From positions 160,001-224,000 of IMG/VR virus record IMGVR_UViG_3300009709_000002: a DNA stretch of 64,000 nt; one strand, given 5' to 3'. The position numbers and the translations under genes are program-made. The DNA is from a virus. Taxonomy: Duplodnaviria > Heunggongvirae > Uroviricota > Caudoviricetes. Under the pieces are notes generated by a model. The model worked only from the letters and a program-made list of their open reading frames with translations. It made no database searches and was not told the origin of the DNA. Shown piece by piece: positions 37,159 to 46,407 of this stretch; position 1 is the stretch's first letter, and every line of letters begins with the position of its first letter.

Positions 37159-39903
37159 TTAATTTGAAACCGCAGTTTCTCGACGTGTTCCTGGAGCTTT
37201 TTGGCTATCAGGAACGATACTCTTGTTTCTACCGCTCGTGTTTTGTGCAATCATCGCCAAAAGTTGAGTCTGTTTTTGCAGCTCAACGTTCGAGCCACCA
37301 TCAACATCCGATGCATTGTAAACCGGTGTGCCGTTGCTATCAGTGTCTACCGTCGTTGATCCACCCATTCCATTCACTGCATTTGTCACTGGCGAAGTAT
37401 CAACTGATCCACCAATACGATTGTTAGCCCATGAAAGCAAGCCACCAGCAGTTCCAGTCTTATTGAACAACGCTGCGTTGCTCTTATAAGCATCTGCACT
37501 GACTAACGATCTAAGCGGCGTATTTGGATTTGCGCTTAGAACAGCTTTAGCACCACCTGGGCCAAGCAGGTGAGCCAGGTACATTCCGCCACCAGTTGTT
37601 GCACCAGTAGCACGCTGACCGTCACGAATGTAGAAAGCTCCCATGATCGCCGACAGTCGTTGATCACTCTTCAAAGCTAGCAGCTGTGAGCTTGTCATTC
37701 CATTGACGTTCACACCAGCCTGAGCGCCATACTTCTTGATTGTTTCGAGCCACGTGCCATCAGTAAATTGGAACAAGCCAGAAGCAGATGAGTTAGGGTT
37801 TCTAGCATTTGATTTACCACCAGACTCTTGGCTTGCGATGTTTGCTAGAATGCTTGGATCAACACCTGTAAGCTTCGCAGCTTCAGCGATACTTCCAGCC
37901 AAACCTTGACGGCTAGCGAGGTATGAACTTTCGCCGCTGTTCAGGTTTGATGAATACAACCCGAGAGTTGCGCCTACGCCAACAGTACTACTTGCAGCGC
38001 CAAGAGCGAATCGACCAGCCGTCATAAGACCAGCTCGAATACCTCCAGTTGCTGCAGCTCCAGCGGCTGCTCCGGCTGCACCTTCTGCAGCTCCAGCTGC
38101 TCCGGCTGCCGCTGCTCCTCCACCTGCCATCAATCCTCTAGCGATAGCTAACGCTTTTGAGCCGCCCTTCATGATCAAATCTTTACCGATCAGACCGAGA
38201 ATAACCTCGCCAAGACCCATAGCGAATTGTGCAGCAGAATTGTGAGTGATCGTGTTGAACGTATCTACCGTGTCACGAGCAGCCATCATCGCCTTTGAGA
38301 ATGCATCTGTTGCTTGCACAGCCTGATCCAAGCCATCTAGCTGAGCTTTCGTCATGTTTGCAAGATTAGATTGCGCGTCGCTTCCATTAAGCTGCTTAAT
38401 ACCAGCGCCTGTCATGTCTTTTGTAAGATCTTTTAATCCACCAGCTTGATTCATGTATGTATTAAAAGCATAACGATCAAACCCATTGCTGCCAGGACGA
38501 TTTAAAAATTGAGCTCTAGCATTGTTAATGTCTAAAAGCGCTTGTTTGCCTTCTTTGCTATCAGTAATTTTTCTGACAGTGTCATTGTCACCAATACCAG
38601 CTGCGTTAACGGCCGGTTGTATTGTTTTAATCGCTGCCGCTAGCTTGGGATCATTTGGCGAAGCTTTTTGAAGCATTGCAAGAGCATTTTGATAATTGAG
38701 CGCCTGCGTTTGCATGCCCTGAAGGTCAGTATTTTCAGGATTAGTAATTTCACTGACCTTCTTATTGAAGTCAGTCAATTGCTCATTGCTCATGCCCATG
38801 AGACGTTCATTTTCTACACGAGCTTTGATTTCATCAGCGACTACACCAACTTGTTTCTTTCCAAGCCCAAGAATGCGTCCTTGTACAACTTCATCCTGAG
38901 CTTGCAGTGCGATCAAATCAGCATATTGATCATAACTGTCACCGAAGATTTTTGCAAAGTCTTTGTACTGATTTTGCAACTTCTTCATTTGATCTTGGCC
39001 AGAAGCGCTAAGAACATTAACACCCATGCTTTGGATGACACCAGCAAAGTTCGCCGTCGCCTTCTTAGCGTCCTTGCCTAAGAACTCAAGACCTTTCGAA
39101 GCTTCATTCAGGTAGTCGCCAAAGTTCTTTACGCCTTCAGCGCCACCGCCAAGCTGGAGAACGATGTCTCTGTGCTTGCTGACGATCTCTGCATATTCTT
39201 CAAACGTGAGGTTCAGCTTCAAAGCTGATGTTTGAAGCTCCATGAAGGTGCCTTGTAGACCGACGCGGCTGATAGCAACCCACTCGTCGATACCTTGGCT
39301 CATGGCCTTCTTCATCGCCTTTAGACCTTCGGTCACAGACGCGTATCGAGAGATGTTTTCTGCTAGCTTGCTCTTAACACCTTCAAGAGTCTTGGACAGC
39401 TTGTCATTAGCGGTTGCGGCCTGCAGAGTTCTGTCTGTGTAGACCTTGAGGGCCTCTGTAGCTTCTATGATGGTTTCGGCGTGCTTGTGATTCTTGATAC
39501 CAAGCTGACGCAACTCTTCAATGTAAGCGCGCTTTGTCGCGAATTCTTTACCGCTTTGAGCTGTAACACGAGCACCATACTTGGCATAATCGGCGTGAAG
39601 ACGATCCATGCCTTTCTTTTGAGCCTTGGCGACACGCTCAGCGATATCTTCCTGGTGATTGATCGCGGCCGACAAGTCTTTAAGATTCTTGATCAGGCTT
39701 AGCTGTTCATCGTTAAAGATTTTTGTCGACTTCAGCTGCTGCTTCATTTGCTCAAGCAGCTTTTCAGCACCAAACTTTGACAGTTTATCAAGAGCGTCAT
39801 TCAGTCTGGTCGCTGAACGCTGAGCTTCTAGATTAGACTTGGCGAGTTGGTTGAAAACAGCGTCAATTCTACTTAGTGCTGTCTTATCGCTGTTATCGGC
39901 CAT
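37159..39903 (-). CDS. Tape measure protein with C-terminal lytic transglycosylase domain
   Basis: Long A/G-rich helical region; IASQESGG...NARN..SSASGLFQF..TW and YLAHLLG. Confidence 0.85.
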   Translation of the reverse strand: MADNSDKTALSRIDAVFNQLAKSNLEAQRSATRLNDALDKLSKFGAEKLLEQMKQQLKSTKIFNDEQLSLIKNLKDLSAAINHQEDIAERVAKAQKKGMDRLHADYAKYGARVTAQSGKEFATKRAYIEELRQLGIKNHKHAETIIEATEALKVYTDRTLQAATANDKLSKTLEGVKSKLAENISRYASVTEGLKAMKKAMSQGIDEWVAISRVGLQGTFMELQTSALKLNLTFEEYAEIVSKHRDIVLQLGGGAEGVKNFGDYLNEASKGLEFLGKDAKKATANFAGVIQSMGVNVLSASGQDQMKKLQNQYKDFAKIFGDSYDQYADLIALQAQDEVVQGRILGLGKKQVGVVADEIKARVENERLMGMSNEQLTDFNKKVSEITNPENTDLQGMQTQALNYQNALAMLQKASPNDPKLAAAIKTIQPAVNAAGIGDNDTVRKITDSKEGKQALLDINNARAQFLNRPGSNGFDRYAFNTYMNQAGGLKDLTKDMTGAGIKQLNGSDAQSNLANMTKAQLDGLDQAVQATDAFSKAMMAARDTVDTFNTITHNSAAQFAMGLGEVILGLIGKDLIMKGGSKALAIARGLMAGGGAAAAGAAGAAEGAAGAAAGAAATGGIRAGLMTAGRFALGAASSTVGVGATLGLYSSNLNSGESSYLASRQGLAGSIAEAAKLTGVDPSILANIASQESGGKSNARNPNSSASGLFQFTDGTWLETIKKYGAQAGVNVNGMTSSQLLALKSDQRLSAIMGAFYIRDGQRATGATTGGGMYLAHLLGPGGAKAVLSANPNTPLRSLVSADAYKSNAALFNKTGTAGGLLSWANNRIGGSVDTSPVTNAVNGMGGSTTVDTDSNGTPVYNASDVDGGSNVELQKQTQLLAMIAQNTSGRNKSIVPDSQKAPGTRRETAVSN

Positions 39904-39945
39904 TTTTCAAGTTCCTATTTTGTCATAAATACAGTTGTCGCACAA

Positions 39946-40392
39946 ATGCGGACTATCTTCTTTATTTATAGGCTTGTCATGTTATCTCCAGAGGCACGGT
40001 CGTTATCAGCACTGCTAAATGAAGCATGGCTAGAAGACGCCTACAAAGAAAATCGCGGAATGATGGTATTGTCGCTGAAAGATCAGCTAGGAATGAGAGG
40101 CCTCATCCTTGATCTTGATAGCTTACCATCACAGCCGCTACCGTTCAAAGAAATTTTCATCAAGTGGATATTGAAGGTCAACCAACCTAGAATAGAAGCT
40201 GGCGAAAAGCCCCTCGTTACGGTTGAGCTAGCTCTGAAATGTCCTCTTTGGAAAGCCATTGATCCTCCTTTCATTAGCGTAAAGCTGACAAAGGAAGCAA
40301 TGTTCAAGAAACCAAAGCCAACCATCAGAAGTATCGGCTCTAAGCCATCGATGGGAAGCATAAATAGTAACATGCCAAAACCTTCAAAATAA
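39946..40392 (+). CDS. Hypothetical protein
   Basis: Downstream of late promoter CATAAATA at 39924-39931; the start may be ATG 39979. Confidence 0.6.
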   Translation: MRTIFFIYRLVMLSPEARSLSALLNEAWLEDAYKENRGMMVLSLKDQLGMRGLILDLDSLPSQPLPFKEIFIKWILKVNQPRIEAGEKPLVTVELALKCPLWKAIDPPFISVKLTKEAMFKKPKPTIRSIGSKPSMGSINSNMPKPSK

Positions 40393-40416
40393 TCGAAGCA
40401 TCATACCAGAGGTCAT

Positions 40417-41250
40417 ATGAATCCACTATTAGCAAAAGTAAAGCTCCCAGGTCGAGTTTTCCAATTTCCATCAAAAGGTCTTTTCTACGGTCCAGGCATC
40501 TTTGCTCCGCACGTAAAAGATGGTGAAGTTGAGGTGAAGCCGATGTCAGCTCTCACTGAGTTGAAGCTTCGCTCGCCAGATCTTTTATTCTCCGGTAGAG
40601 CCTTGGTAGAAGTTTGTGCTGAGTGCGTACCAGACATTCTGCAACCTAACAAGCTCGTCACAAAAGACGTTGACGCATTATTCTGTTTCCTGAAGGTTTC
40701 GACCTATGGAAGCATCATGAACATTTCATCGATCCACCGTTGTCCAGATGCGAAAATCCACCAGTATGACATCAACCTGGAAACCATCATCGGTTCTCCA
40801 AACAATGCGTCACTGGATAGCCGTGATGTAACATACAGAGTGACGCTGTCAAATGGTCAACGTGTAAAGCTGCGTCCAGTTTCTTTTGAAGATTCACTGA
40901 AGTTGAATCACATTCGCCAGGATCTTCAGCGTGGTTTCGAAACGTCAGGTAATCGTGATCCAGCGAACGCAGAAGTTGAAAAGCTGCTGTTGGTCGATCT
41001 GCTGTCAGTTATTGAAGGTGTAGAGGCTCAGATTGAAGGGACGGAATCCACGACTTTGATTACTGACCGCAAGTTGCTTGAAGAATGGGCTAGACAACTA
41101 CAACGTAAGTGGATCGATGAGCTATCAGCTCAAGCAGTACGTGCTGATGAGTGGGGCTACTCAATGAAGACGAAGCTGAAGTGCAAGGACTGCGGAGAGG
41201 AATACGTACACGACATCGAGGTAGACCCGATAAATTTTTTCTTCGGGTAA
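40417..41250 (+). CDS. gp26: Baseplate hub assembly protein (gp26-like)
   Basis: FPSKGLFY, VKPMSALTE, DVDAL...STYG and C-terminal CKDC...PINFF. Confidence 0.8.
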   Translation: MNPLLAKVKLPGRVFQFPSKGLFYGPGIFAPHVKDGEVEVKPMSALTELKLRSPDLLFSGRALVEVCAECVPDILQPNKLVTKDVDALFCFLKVSTYGSIMNISSIHRCPDAKIHQYDINLETIIGSPNNASLDSRDVTYRVTLSNGQRVKLRPVSFEDSLKLNHIRQDLQRGFETSGNRDPANAEVEKLLLVDLLSVIEGVEAQIEGTESTTLITDRKLLEEWARQLQRKWIDELSAQAVRADEWGYSMKTKLKCKDCGEEYVHDIEVDPINFFFG

Positions 41251-41483
41251 TCGGATCAGGTGATCAAGCAGTAATCGCCGAGATGATGCGTGCTTTCACG
41301 TCAGCAAACGAGCAGCTGATAAACTTACTCATTCAGCTGCAGTACTACATGAGAGGCTCTATGTCAAGAGATGACGTTTGGGCTCTTACTCCTTCTGAGA
41401 GAGATCTCTACTTGGAGTTCATCAATAAGCGATTCAAAGAAGCCGGTGAGATGATAAAGAAGCAGATTCCTGTCTTCTTATAA
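41235..41483 (+). CDS. gp51-like baseplate hub assembly protein; possibly expressed by -1 frameshift from gp26
   Basis: YYMRGSMSRDDVWALTPSERD. Lies in the -1 frame of gp26, overlapping it at T TTT TTC; the first ATG is at 41283. Confidence 0.7.
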   Translation, partial: FFLRVIGSGDQAVIAEMMRAFTSANEQLINLLIQLQYYMRGSMSRDDVWALTPSERDLYLEFINKRFKEAGEMIKKQIPVFL

Positions 41484-41500
41484 AGCCCGAAAGCCAATGA

Positions 41501-41529
41501 AACAAAGCCCGCAAATCGCGGGCTTTGTT
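41501..41529. terminator. Terminator hairpin
   Basis: 12-bp stem AACAAAGCCCGC / GCGGGCTTTGTT. Confidence 0.75.
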
Positions 41530-42147
41530 GAATGTCACGCCAGTGACATATCTGTTAGCTAAAATGCTACCAGTCCATTTGATCTAACTGGCGATTGCCT
41601 GCGGCATCGCTCGCTTCGCGAAGTTTTTCTTTTTCTGTGTGGCGGCGAAGCCGATCTATGAAAAGCTTTTCTATCATATTACGCTTTTCAAGCATAAACT
41701 TGCGCCGGCTAGGGCGCTGACAAAAGTCCCCAAGGACTACTTCTTCACACTCTAGGACCTAAGTCCAGCCAGCCCAGGTTACGCTTTACCTGGCAACCCT
41801 CACGGGTTTCGTGTGATCCGCATACGTAGACGCATTCCTAAGAGAGCTATAAGAAGTAATTTGCTCTCCTACCGCAAAGTTGTTTAAGCTTTGCATCTGG
41901 GAAATTTATTTGTTAGCTTACACTAGCAAATTCTGGCGAACTGCAAGGGACATGCAGCAGATTCTTCTAAACGAGACTTTTCTTTTTCCCGATCCGTACC
42001 AGAGGCCTTTTCAAATCATTGCAACAAATGAAGTGATGGTCCCACAGGGCACAGATCTGTGGGTGGCCAAGCGTGCAGGTTAATGACTCCATGCAAGCCG
42101 ATATTTTTTGACGAGGTTGCGTGTTCTGTGCCGGTGTTACTTACTAC
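41530..42147. ncRNA. Hairpin-dense non-coding region (large ncRNA or replication origin candidate)
   Basis: No convincing ORF; more than a dozen consecutive short inverted repeats. Confidence 0.5.
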
Positions 42148-42555
42148 TTATTCTTCAACCGGAACTTCAGAACCTTCAAGCTCGAAAAGAACGAATGTGA
42201 GAGCGCTACTACCGCTACCGATCGTGCTGACCAGAATTACTGCAAGATTTTCCATGCTAGTTTCATAGACGAGAGTTGGTTCAATAACTCCAGCGTCATC
42301 AGCATTGAACACCGTGATGCCAACATCCAGCTCAAGCTCATCGTTGCCGTTGACTACATCTTCAAACAAGACGGACCAGAAGGCCGCATTGCGTGGAAAT
42401 GATGTGGTGAGTGTGAGCTGAGGAGTAGTTTCGCCAGAAGGATCATTGACGAATTCTGCATGTTCTAGCGATTCATTCAGACCATCAACGAATCCTTGAA
42501 AGTAGTCGCTAGTACCTTCAGACAGCTTGAACGTGTATTTGACTTGAGTAGACAT
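42148..42555 (-). CDS. Highly acidic hypothetical protein
   Basis: 135 aa with about 24 D/E versus 3 K/R. Confidence 0.7.
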   Translation of the reverse strand: MSTQVKYTFKLSEGTSDYFQGFVDGLNESLEHAEFVNDPSGETTPQLTLTTSFPRNAAFWSVLFEDVVNGNDELELDVGITVFNADDAGVIEPTLVYETSMENLAVILVSTIGSGSSALTFVLFELEGSEVPVEE

Positions 42556-42852
42556 TTAGGCTTCCTGATTTTCTTCGATGAATTCTGCTTTTTCCATGGC
42601 GACGTTCTGACCTTTGAAGGTCTTCTTGAGCGTTTGGTACATGGATCGTTTCGTGCCGGGGAGATTGATGAGCTGACCTGAGGAGATCTTGACATTCTCA
42701 ACCTTACCATCTTCCGTAACATTGAGCATTTTGCGGGCGCGGTTTTCGATCTCAAAATACTGATGATCGATCGCCGGTTTACCTTCCGCGTCTACTTGGT
42801 TCGCCGCTTGACGAACCAGCTTACGCATAAGCTTTGCTTTCTTTGCGTTCAT
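42556..42852 (-). CDS. Hypothetical protein
   Basis: 98 aa with a basic N-terminus; in operon orientation. Confidence 0.7.
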   Translation of the reverse strand: MNAKKAKLMRKLVRQAANQVDAEGKPAIDHQYFEIENRARKMLNVTEDGKVENVKISSGQLINLPGTKRSMYQTLKKTFKGQNVAMEKAEFIEENQEA

Positions 42853-42873
42853 ATGTCTTATGTATGAGTTAAG

Positions 42874-43476
42874 TTACTGCTTGAGTTTCCACCAATCTAC
42901 ATCTGCTAAAGCAACATCAAGCTCGAAAATCGTGATGAAGTAAATACTACCATCATCCTGTTCTCTAACCATCAAAACTTGCTGCTTCGTACCTTGCGGC
43001 AGCTTCGGCTTAGTGCTAACACCGTCTTTCTCTGTCCATGATGTGGCACAGAAGGTTTTTGAACGATTGAACTTGAAGATAAGCAGCGGAATTTTCTTGA
43101 GCTTTTCAGCATCGCCTTCTGCCTGCTTCATCCAACCTTCAATCTTGGAACCTGTCAGCAGGTACTCAAGATCATCAATCGTCTTGTAAAACTTGCACTC
43201 TAGGGAGAATGGGAATTTCCAACCCTCTGACTTGAGTACATCGGATTCATTGGACGGAACAACGTCGCCGATGAACAAGGTCATTGCTTCGATCGAAAAA
43301 TTTTCGAGCATCTTAGCATTCTGACCACCGAGAATAGCACCTGAGGATTGCGAACGACGAAACTTCATGGGCGCAAGAACTGTTGAAAGTTTCTTGGCGA
43401 TTGAATTTTCAAAGCCTGAACCTTTGGCTTTTGAATTGACGCGTTTTTTCTTTACTTCTGGTGTAGTTTCTGTCAT
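42874..43476 (-). CDS. Holliday junction resolvase (Hjc-like PD-(D/E)XK)
   Basis: NSKAKGSGFE, RSQSSGA, GDV and LECKFYK. Confidence 0.82.
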   Translation of the reverse strand: MTETTPEVKKKRVNSKAKGSGFENSIAKKLSTVLAPMKFRRSQSSGAILGGQNAKMLENFSIEAMTLFIGDVVPSNESDVLKSEGWKFPFSLECKFYKTIDDLEYLLTGSKIEGWMKQAEGDAEKLKKIPLLIFKFNRSKTFCATSWTEKDGVSTKPKLPQGTKQQVLMVREQDDGSIYFITIFELDVALADVDWWKLKQ

Positions 43477-43477
43477 A

Positions 43478-43565
43478 TTGTGGTGCTCCTATTTGTATGG
43501 CAAATATTTATGGAGCACCACAAAAGCAGTAAAATGATTCTATTTCAGGCGGCCATGTTTGTAAA
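43478..43565 (-). promoter_or_regulatory. Sigma70-like promoter, RBS-sequestering hairpin and internal late promoter
   Basis: TTTACA-N17-TAGAAT (43565-43537); 12-bp stem 43478-43489 / 43512-43523; CATAAATA at 43512-43505. Confidence 0.75.
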
Positions 43566-43585
43566 TTTTACATCAAGGAGTTCAC

Positions 43586-45328
43586 CTAGTTATCGATTTG
43601 CATCAGCTGCGAGAAACCACCATCTTTTCTCACGGCGATGGTCTTATCACACCGTCCTTCGAACTCTGGTCGGTGTGAGATGATGTAAATGCAGATACTG
43701 TCATCCCAAGCCTTCGTTTTCAGCAGGTGTATCAATGCATCAATGCAGTTGGTGTCCAAGCTACCACCATCGACCTCATCTGTGAACAGAACATTGACTC
43801 TAGAGTGCAAGTACGTCAATGTGTCACGGAACGCTAAGCAGAGAGAAAGATTTAATCGTTTCTTCTCACCGTTAGAGAGGTTGCCGTGATCTAGAGATCG
43901 GTTGTACTGTGAGATCTCACACGACATATCAGGCATGAAGTTAACAATGTGCGGCAGGTTCAACTTTTGCGTGTAGTAGCCGATGCGTTTATTCAAGAAT
44001 GGAATGTTCTTGGAGATGATGTCTTTACGAATGAACGAATTTTTGTCGGTCAGCAGCTTCACCAGTACTTGCTGGTGGTTAAGCAACCTTACAAGTTCAT
44101 CCAGAGCGGCATAATCGATCTTGATCTCACCCTCATTGACTAGAGCGTTGAGAGCTTCGACGTGAGGATTGTCTTGGTTAGCCAGCTCGATCATCTTAGC
44201 GTTCAGCGTATCTGTGCTAGCTTTGATCTTTAGCAGCTCTGAAAGATCATTGTGCTTGATCTTCCCTTCAATAGCTTCGATCTCATCATTGATTCGATCT
44301 ACTTCAATCTCATTGTTCGTCAAGCTTGCGAAGATAATTTCTCGTTCAGAGACTTTCACAGCGATCTTTTCACGAAGCTCAGCGATCTTAGCTTCAGTGT
44401 CTTCAAACTTTTGCAAGCAGTACGGACACTTTGCCTCGATCAGGTGGCCAAGCTCATCAGATAGCTTCTGCAGCTCTTTCTTACGAGCATCATTATCAGT
44501 CTTCTGAGTGCGAACTTCCTGCTTCAACGGTGAAAGTTTCGTCGTGAGCTTCTTTAGCTCTACGTGAAGAGCTTCCTCAGCGTCAAGATCGATCCCAGCG
44601 ATGCGATCAAGCTTCGCTTGAATTTCCATCAGCTGCGCATCACGGGTCATCGTCCAACGTTTAACCCGCTCTTTTGCTTCATCTACGTGACGGTGATATG
44701 TCTTGTTCTGAAGTTCTTGCTGAGCAATCAACGTCTTCTGCATGTCGATAGCTCGTTCTGTCAGGCCGATTTCACGCTTCTGAGCGTTTGCCTTACGAGA
44801 CAACGTAGTGATGCGGAGCAGCTCTTCGATCAAATTACGTTGTTCACCGACGCCAAGATCCAAGAATGGACGAGCGTTACCGTTGAACATAACCACTAGT
44901 GAGAATAACTGGAATGACATTCCAAATACTTCTTCAACCTTGTCATTGAAGTTGACGATCGAGTCAGGCGTAATGTCAACACCATTTTCCCAAAGTTGAA
45001 CAGAATTACGATCGCCTCGAGTGCGACGGACGATGTACTCATCTTCACCTTTTGCAAAGTAAAGATTGACTTCCATCGTTGTATTTTTCTTCTCATTCGT
45101 GCGGTTGATCAACTTATCCTTGCTCACGCCAGATGGAATCTTGTCATAGAGAGCGTAGGAGATAGCCGAAATAACCGTCGTCTTACCAGACCCAGAGGAT
45201 CCACCTTCGTCAAGGTTTTCACCGAGAATGAAGTTGGTTCCTGGAGTCTTTAGATCTACTTCCGTCATCAAATTGCCGAAGCTCATGAAGTTGCGGAATG
45301 TTACTTTTTCAAAAATTATATGCTTCAT
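43586..45328 (-). CDS. gp46: Recombination exonuclease ATPase subunit (SbcC/Rad50-like)
   Basis: NFMSFG, GSGKTT, CPYC zinc hook, LSNGE, FTDEVD and ISH. Confidence 0.95.
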   Translation of the reverse strand: MKHIIFEKVTFRNFMSFGNLMTEVDLKTPGTNFILGENLDEGGSSGSGKTTVISAISYALYDKIPSGVSKDKLINRTNEKKNTTMEVNLYFAKGEDEYIVRRTRGDRNSVQLWENGVDITPDSIVNFNDKVEEVFGMSFQLFSLVVMFNGNARPFLDLGVGEQRNLIEELLRITTLSRKANAQKREIGLTERAIDMQKTLIAQQELQNKTYHRHVDEAKERVKRWTMTRDAQLMEIQAKLDRIAGIDLDAEEALHVELKKLTTKLSPLKQEVRTQKTDNDARKKELQKLSDELGHLIEAKCPYCLQKFEDTEAKIAELREKIAVKVSEREIIFASLTNNEIEVDRINDEIEAIEGKIKHNDLSELLKIKASTDTLNAKMIELANQDNPHVEALNALVNEGEIKIDYAALDELVRLLNHQQVLVKLLTDKNSFIRKDIISKNIPFLNKRIGYYTQKLNLPHIVNFMPDMSCEISQYNRSLDHGNLSNGEKKRLNLSLCLAFRDTLTYLHSRVNVLFTDEVDGGSLDTNCIDALIHLLKTKAWDDSICIYIISHRPEFEGRCDKTIAVRKDGGFSQLMQIDN

Positions 45329-46407
45329 TCATCCGTTCCTGCGTCTGACGGCAGCAGCTTGTAAAGCTCGATAAGCATGTTCACGTCGATGTTCTTCAAC
45401 GTTTTATCGTCTTTCATACCGCTGAGGGCAGCAACGACAAGCTCATCGATCGTGGCACCACCGTCTAAGTTTTCACTAACCTTGGCATTATCACCCTCAA
45501 GCAGACCTTGCTTTGCTTCACGATCTTCCTCGAGGATAAAATCACGTAGGTCATATGTCGAAACCATCGCATCACGAAGCTCTTGAGCTTCAGAGTAAGC
45601 GAGGTCGATGTCGATGACGCATTTTACCTTCATGCCGCTAACTGGTGCCCAGTTGTTGGCCATTACATCTGAAAGATTGACCTTCAGGTACTTCGGGCAC
45701 GCTTCCCAGTCGATGAACGAGACGACATTCTCAAGCACTTCATATACGCACATGCCACGTTGGAAATCACCAGCATCACCGAAGTCCATCGGGAAGGTGT
45801 TGCCGATGTAGACGACGTTGTCTTTGGCTTGGCGCTTGTGGAAGTGCCCTGAGAAAATTTGATTGGGTCCTGGGAACAGCTTATGGTCTGGGCCATGCTC
45901 TAAAATAGTGTTGTAGCCCGTAACAAAGAAGTTCTGAAACTCGAAGTGACCAGCAAAAGCCCAAAGATCATTGTACTGAATGAGATCTTTGTACTCGTGA
46001 TCGAACAAGTACGGTGAGAACAAGATATTGTCGATGACTTGTGGTTTGTCAATGACAGTAAAGTTCTTCAGCTCTCCGAACATGCGGACAGAGTGAACGT
46101 CGCGAGTGGTGCGACGGTGTAAGTCATGGTTGCCAACGATAAAGAAGATCGGAATGTCTAGCTGGTCTAGCATCACCAGCCCTTCATACGAGTAGTCCAT
46201 CGTTTCAATGTTGATGGCTGAACGAGATTCGAACCAATCACCAAGGAAGGCTAGGTGTGTGACGTCACCAATTCTGCGAACTTCATCACAAAACCACTTA
46301 ATGAAGTTCAAACAGTCTTGATTGTGTACTTTTGAGTTGTTTCGCTTGCCGAAATGAATGTCGGTCATCATGGCAAGCTTTTTGATTTCTGACGGCTTCT
46401 TAAGCAT
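45325..46407 (-). CDS. gp47: Recombination nuclease subunit (SbcD/Mre11-like)
   Basis: TDIHFG, LGDWF, GNHD, GHF and SGHFH; start ATG 46407. Confidence 0.95.
   Translation of the reverse strand: MLKKPSEIKKLAMMTDIHFGKRNNSKVHNQDCLNFIKWFCDEVRRIGDVTHLAFLGDWFESRSAINIETMDYSYEGLVMLDQLDIPIFFIVGNHDLHRRTTRDVHSVRMFGELKNFTVIDKPQVIDNILFSPYLFDHEYKDLIQYNDLWAFAGHFEFQNFFVTGYNTILEHGPDHKLFPGPNQIFSGHFHKRQAKDNVVYIGNTFPMDFGDAGDFQRGMCVYEVLENVVSFIDWEACPKYLKVNLSDVMANNWAPVSGMKVKCVIDIDLAYSEAQELRDAMVSTYDLRDFILEEDREAKQGLLEGDNAKVSENLDGGATIDELVVAALSGMKDDKTLKNIDVNMLIELYKLLPSDAGTDE

Noticed and set aside
41530-42147. RNase P, tmRNA, hammerhead or group I intron in the non-coding locus
   Set aside because: Minus-strand AGGGTTGCCAGGTAA...CCTGGG resembles part of RNase P RNA, but the GAGGAAAGUCC core is missing. 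No tRNA-like ends, CUGAUGA box or split host gene were found.
41880-42402. Short plus-strand ORFs in or near the non-coding locus
   Set aside because: Weak starts, no RBS and atypical composition; two overlap a real minus-strand gene.
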